Assembly (NCBI GenBank): GCA_963695345.1
Contig: OY968769.1
Span: 1,280,001 to 1,344,000, forward strand
Origin: an uncultured Methanomassiliicoccales archaeon
GTDB taxonomy: Archaea; Thermoplasmatota; Thermoplasmata; Methanomassiliicoccales; UBA472
DNA: 64,000 nucleotides
Direction of reading: 5' to 3'
In this document: in pieces, positions 53,701 through 61,000 of the stretch
How positions within the stretch are numbered: position 1 is the first letter of the stretch
Layout: each line of letters opens with the position of its first letter
Notes under the pieces: generated by a model
What the model was told of the DNA's origin: nothing
Database searches by the model: none
What the model saw: the letters and a program-made list of their open reading frames with translations, nothing else
Program-made: the position numbers and the translations under genes

Positions 53701-54289
53701 CGCCACCTCCACGAACGACGCATCCGTGGTGGCGAGCACTCAGGCCAATGCCACGATCGTGCCCCGGTTCGAGGTCAACGCGACGCTGGCCCAGGTCTAT
53801 GCGAACGACGGGACGAACTATCGGTATCAGATCAAGATAAACAACAACGGCAACATCGACGATACCTACTTGATAACCGTGGCCAACAAGGCCCTGCTAG
53901 CATCGCAGGGATGGAACGTCTCCCTGAAGAGCACCGGCAGCTATGTCGACCAGGTCAACGTGACCGTCACCAGCCAGAGCTTCAAGTACATCGAGTTCTC
54001 GATGCTGCCCAACGCGACCTTCCTCGTCCCGGAACTGAACCTGAGCGCGAACATCCTCATCCAGTCGGCGGGTAACGACAGCACGTCATACAACTACGTG
54101 TTCTCGCCGGAGCTGCCGAAGATCAGTATCCCGAGCGGCGGCCTGGTCGTGTCCGGCAGCAAGACGTCACCCTCCCAGGCGACGCTGCCTCTGGAAACCA
54201 CAATACTCTTGGCATTGGTGATGGTGCTGTTCGTGCTCCTCATCTACCTTTCCGTAAAGAAGGGGGTGTTCACACGAAGAAAGCGCTGA
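47747..54289 (+). CDS. aglB: Oligosaccharyltransferase AglB (STT3) fused to a long Ig/carboxypeptidase-regulatory repeat region and a C-terminal TM anchor
   Basis: DSYYH, DHD, TISE, WWDYG and DNFQ motifs, about 13 N-terminal TM helices, about 1250 aa of beta-sandwich repeats. Confidence 0.9.
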   Translation: MASSEEGSKSPAEKKRSAGNSRLNSKFSNTWLGRHWQTALIIVLIVFLAFFVRTYFGYSTSVDNGFLVSGGSDSYYHERVIDNVANTGEHIVRDNMLNYPYGVRNERPPLYDWSVAVAGMFLQTVTGISLTDGLGFALVFSTAVWGALTTIPVYLLTRAAFGKKPAILAALLFALMAGNIERSIFSNADHDSMVLFFVVFAFYFLLRALQTMKGDRWVSKWSKFSEVKSGLKSFGSQNVGSMLYAALAGVCVALVAMIWTGYTYVLIIVLVYLIVQLMIDRFRNADSLGIVMSIGIMFTVAFLVMAPLYIQMNYVQTWLDTPVELFLVAVIAGMIFVVTRDYPWTITLPVIALISIIALVAFYLISPNFFNAIVSGQGYLVKSKLYSTISEATAPAFSTLALSFGAVTFWLALFGVGYAAVKIPKNLTPFLVFLVVWTAVSIYMASSAGRFVFNATPAFAVMAGWILMLIIERAQFSEFYKAMAGSQGSFLRSLRKSIKFRHLFVFLVVLGLVVLPNAWTALDAGIPNQSKKAYDKQIYNTVPDFLKPSTYDVKNGTYWYLGAFSYDLPLPTTYYPSAWSWFNERDSNIANPLERPAYLSWWDYGFEAIQVGGHPTVADNFQNGYQMAGSFLMVSNETGAIALMVARIIEKVRLDNSTDVSVATVALLQKYGVNYNEMYHILARPSDYINVVKNNPAIYGPYDTELSATNAWYAAARVELSKIGESKLVSLYHDLRGVSGYNIGYFAVDSRLFPFSATSQNIFYAPAKLADQKIDPLSNAPSDYYTITAVDQYGTEYALADVTSSMTIVSYAIHYTALFYQTMLYRAFMGYGPYDVGLTSDGIPGISGSLIYYPPMQGWNLSHFRMVYRTAYYNPYADYSNHTDAWVAINYTQGQEYQVLINAGKMNGTVDLSAGGLYSAVVFLQYYDGVTISGTALSQNGEPMANVYVTALDDNRDSTYFPYGIPHQTVKTDANGNYSVIAPFGNTTIAYSYGTLDSVTQLATVITTKSYQISYAEAMGATGAGDSQTVINGNITLNAASLSGKVYWDRDGDSVFDIGTDILITGATVVLENKTTGYYKSQVSTATGYSFLGLPPATVNMYAIYQGHIIGNVSVDLNPKNGNISKDLAIKPAQIKGVIMLTSGDVAQNVQLQLKDLTSSRLINTTTSAAGQFTYDLLFSGNYTLSSASPLMSLGEQTYSLTAGETLNKALTITSAMTVSGHLSNNGNAVPYAQIEIMNGKRQMWTQANANGDYSITVPQDNYTVYAFATVQGVQLVALSNVTGSSGSVTKDLAMTEATATGLQVTSTDLSGVQFVIRSKSIPAEVYAITNATGGATVLLPSGTYSVYAYKSTTSVYWADLTLPATGVQNIALENAVTLSGKVWFDANFDGAMGSAEGVGNATITVSNQAGDQVTFYTSSTGAYSVPLVSNGTYTLTESLINYETYRITYTDFNTSTVNNIKLVPTNRTVSMTVTSNGGAPAKPVTVTLTAVGKGAVTIKGVTSAAGELTLSVRPGQYNITVNENVTSDSNDQFQLRAGTVPLTVGIGQNATSLNLPIVERFLVTGVSASGPTTLTFTGSDVRTQAIGAGAGYSVYLMSGVYGVYADVNATGGHLALFNTTTIAGPTAYDVVASPAILVQVQVQYAGRQLNASAPISFSSPNGATFNTTTNATGYLGVYMPSGQLTVNVDLHTLGSISGSDRYLRYTNVTTVNLGTVTFPLNLDTVRSFDNSTVTGTMIATGGSAAAGTISFAPDSPTAMWSNYTSATGAIAVPLAPGTYNVYANGGANGVFLGKVVVASYLNQTVNVQLVPGVTFYGTTSIGTTPVQANLALSSVGNMTASSAADGTFSIVLPAGNYAVNASTRLVEKGANILYFKTFAQTLSADTMSNIVLERFSTRSVKVYWDPSQKATLNANQTAVYNITVTNTGDLADTYNLAASLSGWNVTLSQQNVSLDFGAAGIATIQMSITPSKTVKVTQNSITFTATSTNDASVVASTQANATIVPRFEVNATLAQVYANDGTNYRYQIKINNNGNIDDTYLITVANKALLASQGWNVSLKSTGSYVDQVNVTVTSQSFKYIEFSMLPNATFLVPELNLSANILIQSAGNDSTSYNYVFSPELPKISIPSGGLVVSGSKTSPSQATLPLETTILLALVMVLFVLLIYLSVKKGVFTRRKR

Positions 54290-55065
54290 TCTCGTTGACA
54301 ATGGTAATGTGCATGATCGTGGCCTCGGTATTCGTGATGCCGGTCAAGGCCGCCGACGATTCAACGCTGCAGGCCTCGATAGACGGGCCTTCGGTGGTCA
54401 GCCTCGGAGACGTGACCCAGTATACGATCTCCATCGCCGGCGGACCGGCCGGAACATCGAATGGGACCTATTCGTACAAGGTCACGATGACCGGTTTTGC
54501 CGCCAATAACGCGACGCTGATCCCGGGATCGGCCAGTTCGACGACCGGTATCTTCAAGCTCAACCTTACCACGCCCATTGTGCTTGGTGACCTGACGATA
54601 TCGCTCAACGCCACTTCGACCAATCCCGACGGCACCACCTCCTCCACGGTGAAGACCATCACGGTGAAGGTGATCAATCCGGTCGTGTTCACGGTGAACA
54701 TCAAGAACACCGGGAACATGACAGTCACCAACATTCCGGTGTACTTCTATGTGGACTATTCGGAGAGCAACAAGAACCCGGTCCACGTGGCCAACGTGAC
54801 TATCTCGGCACTGTCGACGAAGAAGGTAGTGTATAACTGGACGACGACCAGCCTGGGCGCGGGGTCGCATGAGCTCAAGGTGGAGATCGATCCGAACGCC
54901 ACCTTCGTGCTGTTCGATATCGGCGGCACGGTCCAGACGAGCACCTTCTACTACAATCAGGCCGATTTCGGTACGACGAACGCGCTACTCTACGTGGCCC
55001 TGGTGGTATTGCTCGTCGCGGTCTACCTGGTCTATCGCAGGCCGATACCGCGTAAGAAGAAGTGA
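54274..55065 (+). CDS. Membrane-anchored Ig/CARDB-domain surface protein (start uncertain)
   Basis: Signal peptide ending VKA, V.IKNTG...V.FYVD...W...G.H.L.V.IDP pattern, C-terminal TM plus RKKK. The first canonical start is TTG 54295; ACG 54274 is proposed. Confidence 0.8.
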   Translation, partial: TKKALISLTMVMCMIVASVFVMPVKAADDSTLQASIDGPSVVSLGDVTQYTISIAGGPAGTSNGTYSYKVTMTGFAANNATLIPGSASSTTGIFKLNLTTPIVLGDLTISLNATSTNPDGTTSSTVKTITVKVINPVVFTVNIKNTGNMTVTNIPVYFYVDYSESNKNPVHVANVTISALSTKKVVYNWTTTSLGAGSHELKVEIDPNATFVLFDIGGTVQTSTFYYNQADFGTTNALLYVALVVLLVAVYLVYRRPIPRKKK

Positions 55066-55093
55066 AAACCGTTTCCCATTTCCATTTTTTTCT
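55066..55093 (+). terminator. Terminator of the aglB operon
   Basis: AAACCGTTTCCCATTTCCATTTTTTTCT. Confidence 0.65.
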
Positions 55094-55115
55094 ATCGTCT
55101 GTCCAGCAGCAACGG

Positions 55116-55742
55116 CTATTTTGATTGCAGTACCTTATCCAGGCTGGCCAGCTTGATCTCCAGGCGTCTCATGCTGACCGCCACCGCCACCTCTCCCCGG
55201 GTCTTCTCCAGGACGGACCGGGCGATGTCCTGCTTTCTGCGTATGGAAACGATCGCGTCGGGGTAATCGAACTTCATGAGGATGAGGAACATCTCCTCCA
55301 TCATCTCCAGGTATCGGACGGCGTCATCGTTGCGCCCTTCCCGGAGCGCCTCCAGGGCAAACCTTCTCAGCTCACCGATGGCGTCCGCGAAGCCCATCAG
55401 GTATGCGGTCACCGGTATGTCCAGTTCGTCCGGTTCCGGCAGGTCCAATCCCTTGGTTATCGTCAGAACGATCGCCGCTTCGGCCACCTCCTGGAGGGCG
55501 TCCTGCACGATACCCGAGTGCCAGATATCCGGATGTTCGTTCAGCAGCGATTTCAGCCGCTGCGACTCGTCCATCGTCTCTGCCATAAGGCTCTCCACGT
55601 CCTCCTTCTTGTGGATGCCGTGTACCACTCCCGATGCCAGCCTGGTCGTCGCCCTCGATGACTTGATGGCGATCTCCCTGACGGTGTCCTTCTCGTCAAG
55701 CCTCTCCTGTATCTTGGCGACGATCTCATCCAGGTTGCTCAT
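55116..55742 (-). CDS. Translin family RNA-binding protein
   Basis: D..RE.AIK.SR, QE..EA, YL.G.AD.IGELRR, RRKQD.AR. Confidence 0.88.
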   Translation of the reverse strand: MSNLDEIVAKIQERLDEKDTVREIAIKSSRATTRLASGVVHGIHKKEDVESLMAETMDESQRLKSLLNEHPDIWHSGIVQDALQEVAEAAIVLTITKGLDLPEPDELDIPVTAYLMGFADAIGELRRFALEALREGRNDDAVRYLEMMEEMFLILMKFDYPDAIVSIRRKQDIARSVLEKTRGEVAVAVSMRRLEIKLASLDKVLQSK

Positions 55743-55770
55743 GGATGAACCCTATGATTTGCTCCGTTAT

Positions 55771-57093
55771 TTATCTTCTCAGGGAATCCATATGTTCCTT
55801 CCGGCTCTGGACGACATCCTTCTTGCCGATATCATGCCTGACATAGATGGCCTCGCCCTTTACGAACCGGAGGGCCCTCTCGCACGCCTGTTCCGCTTTC
55901 TCCAAGGTGTCGTCCACCCCGACGACCCCGACGGCGCGCGAAGAGGTTGTCAGGATGCTGCCGTCGACGTCATCCACCATCGCGTAGTACAGTCGGGCCC
56001 CTTCTCTCTCGATCGCCGCCTCGTCAACCGTTATCGGGAGTCCCGCCTTCGATTCCATTCCGTAGCCCTGCGGGACCACGTACTTGCAGACGGTGGCCTT
56101 CTCCTGGAAGTCCACCTTGACCTTGCCCAGGTGGCCGTCGGCGATGCCCTGGCAGACACTGGTGAAATCAGATGATAGGACGGTGAGGACGTTCATCGCC
56201 TCAGGGTCCCCGAACCGGGCGTTGTATTCAATGACCTTGGGCCCTTCCCTGGTCAGCATGAACTGGGAATAAAGCACACCCTTGTAGGGGCAGCCCTCCA
56301 GGCGCATTGCTTCGATCATCCTCTTGACGATCTGCACCGCCTTCTCATACTCATCCCTATGAACGAACGGCAACAGATGGTCGGCGTCCGAGTAGGATCC
56401 CATTCCGCCGGTATTGGGCCCCTCATCGCCCTCGAACGCCCTCTTGTGGTCCTGGACCAGAGGCATGGGGGCGATATCCCGACCATCGCAGAACGACTGA
56501 AGGGTGAATTCCTCGCCGACGGCCTTCTCTTCCAGGACCACACCGGCACCCCCGATGTGCTTCTCGAAGATCTCGTCTATGTAGTCGCAGACATCCGCCT
56601 TGGTCCTCAGGTGTTCGCCTTGGACCTTCACACCCTTTCCTCCGGTGAGGCCAATGGGCTTGACCGCGACCTCCATGCTCATGTCTTTGACAAAGGCCTT
56701 TGCCTCTTTCGCCTCATCGAAAGAATGGAAATCGAGGTTCCCGGGAACCCGGTGCCTCTGCATGACCTCCCTGGCGAAGCTCTTGGAGGTCTCGATCCGG
56801 GCTGCTGACCGGGTCGGCCCGACGCAACGGACCCCGTTCGATTCCAGCAGGTCCACCAGTCCAACCTCCAGAGGCGCCTCCGGCCCGATGACCGCCAGCT
56901 CTATATGGGAACGTACAGCGTAATCCGCTATCCTTTGCGTGTCGGTCTCCTTTACCAGGAGCGTGTCCTTGCTGGATCTGGCGATCCCTGGATTGCGGTT
57001 CCTCATGGCTGAAAATATCTCAGAACCGCCCCTCTCGAGCGCCTTGACGATGGCGTGCTCCCTGCCGCCCCCTCCTACCACTAGGATTCTCAT
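55771..57093 (-). CDS. purD: Phosphoribosylamine--glycine ligase
   Basis: GGGGREHA, IGPE.PL, QDHKR...GPNTGGMG, NARFGDPE. Confidence 0.96.
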   Translation of the reverse strand: MRILVVGGGGREHAIVKALERGGSEIFSAMRNRNPGIARSSKDTLLVKETDTQRIADYAVRSHIELAVIGPEAPLEVGLVDLLESNGVRCVGPTRSAARIETSKSFAREVMQRHRVPGNLDFHSFDEAKEAKAFVKDMSMEVAVKPIGLTGGKGVKVQGEHLRTKADVCDYIDEIFEKHIGGAGVVLEEKAVGEEFTLQSFCDGRDIAPMPLVQDHKRAFEGDEGPNTGGMGSYSDADHLLPFVHRDEYEKAVQIVKRMIEAMRLEGCPYKGVLYSQFMLTREGPKVIEYNARFGDPEAMNVLTVLSSDFTSVCQGIADGHLGKVKVDFQEKATVCKYVVPQGYGMESKAGLPITVDEAAIEREGARLYYAMVDDVDGSILTTSSRAVGVVGVDDTLEKAEQACERALRFVKGEAIYVRHDIGKKDVVQSRKEHMDSLRR

Positions 57094-57187
57094 TTCGGAT
57101 CGGTCAGGACAATGGACATCGCCTAATAAAAAGGATGTTGGGCGAGGAGGCAACCCCGGCCCACATCGACGAAGGCCAGCCTACCGA

Positions 57188-57844
57188 TCATTTGGAGATG
57201 CCGATCGCCTTCATGACCGATTCTATGCCTTCCCCGGTCTTGACGCTGGTCAGGTAGAGGGTCTTATTGTTTGTGATCTTGGAATAATCCGACCTCAAGA
57301 CCTCCACATCGACCTCCATATACCCCGCCAGGTCGACCTTGTTCAGGACCGCTACGTCGGACGAGGTGAAGATCATCGGATGCTTCCTCACCATGTCGTC
57401 TCCTTCCGTGACAGATATCACCACCATCCGAACGTCCGTCCCCAACGGGAAATCGGCCGGGCAGACCAGGTTTCCCACGTTTTCGATGAAAATGAAACCG
57501 ATACCGTCCAGGTCCATCTTATCTAGAGTACGCTCGATCAGGTTGGACTCAAGATGACACTCCTTTCCGGTGTTGACGTTGTAGGCATCTATACCTGCCT
57601 CTTTGAATCGTTTGTAATCATCCTCGCCGGTCACGTCTCCCGCGATGACCGCCACACCTATCCCCGTCTGCTTCAGATGGGTGGCCATCTTGATGATCAT
57701 GGCCGTCTTTCCAGAACCGATCGAACCCATGACGTCTACGGACCGGATTCCCTTCGCGACCAGCCTTTCATGGTTGTGCTCTGCCAGGTGGACATTCTCC
57801 GCTAGCACGTCATGCTCCATGCCGATGCTCTTTATCTTGTGCAC
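57188..57844 (-). CDS. hypB: Hydrogenase nickel-incorporation GTPase
   Basis: GSGKT, ECHL, ENVGNLVCPA.F.LG, NK.DL. Confidence 0.95.
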   Translation of the reverse strand: MHKIKSIGMEHDVLAENVHLAEHNHERLVAKGIRSVDVMGSIGSGKTAMIIKMATHLKQTGIGVAVIAGDVTGEDDYKRFKEAGIDAYNVNTGKECHLESNLIERTLDKMDLDGIGFIFIENVGNLVCPADFPLGTDVRMVVISVTEGDDMVRKHPMIFTSSDVAVLNKVDLAGYMEVDVEVLRSDYSKITNNKTLYLTSVKTGEGIESVMKAIGISK

Positions 57845-58082
57845 GGACCGTAGATGAATAATCTTGTCTTAACGGTTGTCATTCATGACCTCAACATCAC
57901 GCAAGGCAGGCCGGTCCTTTCAGCGTTATCAAAAATTATAATCATAATTCAGTATTCAATTTTCGATTTCGACAGCTGGGCCAGCAAATATTCAGAATGA
58001 AAATCATTAATTCATTTCTTCGAATTTATGAGCATATCCTTATAAGAACAAATTTTGTTGATTTGATAATTAATCAGGAGGA

Positions 58083-61000
58083 ATGGGCACGTATTCACCG
58101 GAAGATAGCTCTAATCAGTTGATACTAGGACCACTCGCCAGGCGAAAAGGATTCCTCATGGTAGGGGCCCTTTTGATCGTCTGCGCGTTCGCGCTACTTT
58201 TAAGCGCCTCAGGCGCCAACGCGACGACATATGTTTACCAGGACATCTCCACAGACACCACCTGGAACGAGGCTGGTTCGCCGTATGTCGTGAACGATAC
58301 GATCACAGTTCAGAGCGGGGCCACCCTAACGGTGGGTCCGAACGTCAATGTGAGGGTCGACGCCGGCCGTCAAATATTGATCGATGGCTCACTGAGGGCC
58401 AACGGCGAGGCTGCCCGGATGATCAACTTCACCGCCAACAGCACCACCTGGAACGGAATGGTCTCTGGGGCCAACTCCCTCATCAGCCTTAACTATGTCA
58501 AGTTCAACAACGCGACTGGAATGACCGTCCAGAACACCGGTGTCTTCACCAACTCGATGTTCAGGGACCTGTCATCCAACGCAATACTATTCTCCATCAT
58601 TCACAAGAGCGGTAACCTGACGGTAACCGGATGTGACTTCAGACAGGTATCCGTCAATGATATCCTGGTTCAGGTCTCGGCCTGGTCGAACGCCACCACC
58701 ACCCGAACCACATCCGTCCCCATCGTGATCGCCAACAACAATTTCGCGCTGGGACTGACCGGAACAGCGGTCCGTATCGAAGAGACCGTCAACCCCGTGC
58801 AAAGCGGTGTGGCCGTGCTCAACAGCGCGATCAGCGTCAACAACAACCGGTTCAACATAGGAACGCACCAGGCTATATCGGTCGAGCGAACCGTGGTCTC
58901 ATACGACAACGCCACCGCAACGTTGAACGGCGCTTTGACGTTCAACTTCAATACCTTCACCAGCGGGAACGCGATCAGCGTTGTCAACTCGGCAACCGCC
59001 CTTGATCTTCCCAGCCTACGCTTCAACCATGACAACTCGGTCAACATCAACAGCGGAGTAACCGTCTCCAACAACGACCTGAGGAATGTCATAGGAAATG
59101 GGTTCAGCGACAGCTCCACCCTGGTGACCTTTGGGCAGAAGACCTCGACAATGACCAACCCGATCAGGGTCACGGGAAACAACTTCACTACCTCCATTGA
59201 CGCGATCATTGCTCAGAAGACCGCGGTAGCCTACGAGAACGGCACTGCGGTCTTTGCCAGCGACATCACCGTCGACCATAACCGGATGATAAGCGTCGAG
59301 AATGGCATCATCGTGGGCAAGTCACTTCTGGCGGTCGGCGACTTCAATGGCAGGATCACCTACACGGGTGCGGAAACAATCAGCAACAACACCGTCACCC
59401 TGGGAACGGGCGTATTCTTCGTAAGCAACCTTGCGGAATCATCGTCAGGGTACGGAATAGTCAGCATGAGCGGGGCCAAAGTGGTATCGGACAACACGAT
59501 CGCCAACATCGGCAGCGGGATGACCATCTCGGTGAGCGAATCGGCATCGACCTCGGACCACTCATCGACCACCTTGACAATTCCCGTGGCCGTAGTCAGG
59601 AACAACGTCAGCGTTGCTTCGGGATTGATCGCTTCCGGTTCTTACTCGGCTGCCTCTGATCTATCGCACTTGACCATTCTAGGCGATGTCCGTGTATTGA
59701 ACAACATCGGTTCCCAGCTTTCGAGCAGTGGCATTACCTTATTGATCAACGGGCTGGCGGCCGTGGACGATGGAAATATCACCGTCACCGGTTCAATGAC
59801 CGTTTCGGACAACAAACTGCACATAGCCTCTGGACCTGGAATAACCTTCGAGATGCATGCGACCGGTCAGAACAATGGCAAGACACATATCACGATGCCG
59901 ATAGAGATATCCGGCAACAACATCGACTGTGTCGGATCCAACGCTGTCAGGGTGATCGTTACGCTGAACACCCTGAACAACGCCTTGATCGCTGAAACCG
60001 GCGCTGTCACCATCGATTCAAACCTGGTGACTCGTGCAGCCAATGGGTTCACCATCAGCAGGCAGGTTACTGCCGGCAGCAAGACCAACTCCTCCGTTTC
60101 CGTGGTCAGCGATGTGACCATCATCAACAACGTGATGAACAATCTGACCGGCAACTGCATGTCCCTGACGGACGCGGTCGCCGCCAACGGACACAAGGAG
60201 CTTGTCTTCAACAGCACGGTCACCGTGACCGGCAATGTCGTGCATAAGGCGACCGGAAGAATGCTGGACATCTCCAGGCAAGGCTTGAGGTCGTACGACA
60301 GCGCAAAGCTGACCTTCACTGGCTCGATAACCGTGTCCAATAACCTGGCAGTGGTGTGCGGGGAATCGATCCGGTTGAATCTGGCATATGAGTCGAACAA
60401 CCTGTCCACCCTCTCCGTCACCGGTGACCTGACCGTGACCAACAACCAAGGTCTGGACATAAGCCATAATGGAATAGAGGTCTACCAGGATTCAAGATCG
60501 AAGGGCAACTCCACCATGTCGGTGGTCGGCAATATCATGGTTAGCGACAATGTCTTGGAGATCGGTAACCTAGAGGCGATAACCCTTCAGAACTACCTAG
60601 TAACAAGTGACAACTCGACCGGGACAATGGTCGGGTCGGTCAATGTGCTAAGGAACAGTGCGGTCATCGAAAATTCCAGCGCTCTCAGCGCCCTGGTCCG
60701 GGTCATCGCCTCCGATAATTCGGATGCTCTTATGGCTGGAGACCTGGTCGTCTCAAACAACACCATGACCTACTATGGAAACAACGATGGATACTTCGTT
60801 GATGTCTATGTCTATGCGTCCGTAACGCAGACCAAGAAGGTCGCGACCGCGACCTACAATGGCGACATGGTCGTTACAGACAACAAGGCGACCGTTACTG
60901 GAATCAACGCATATCGTGATGTCTACTACGTCTATTTCGATGTACAGGCGAAGGTCGAAATCACCGGTCCGCACGGGAACGCCTGGGCGAACGCCACCGC

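Noticed and set aside
57094-57187. Purine or ZTP riboswitch upstream of purD
   Set aside because: A TATA-like TTTTTATTA lies about 30 nt before the ATG, implying little or no leader, and no aptamer consensus is present.
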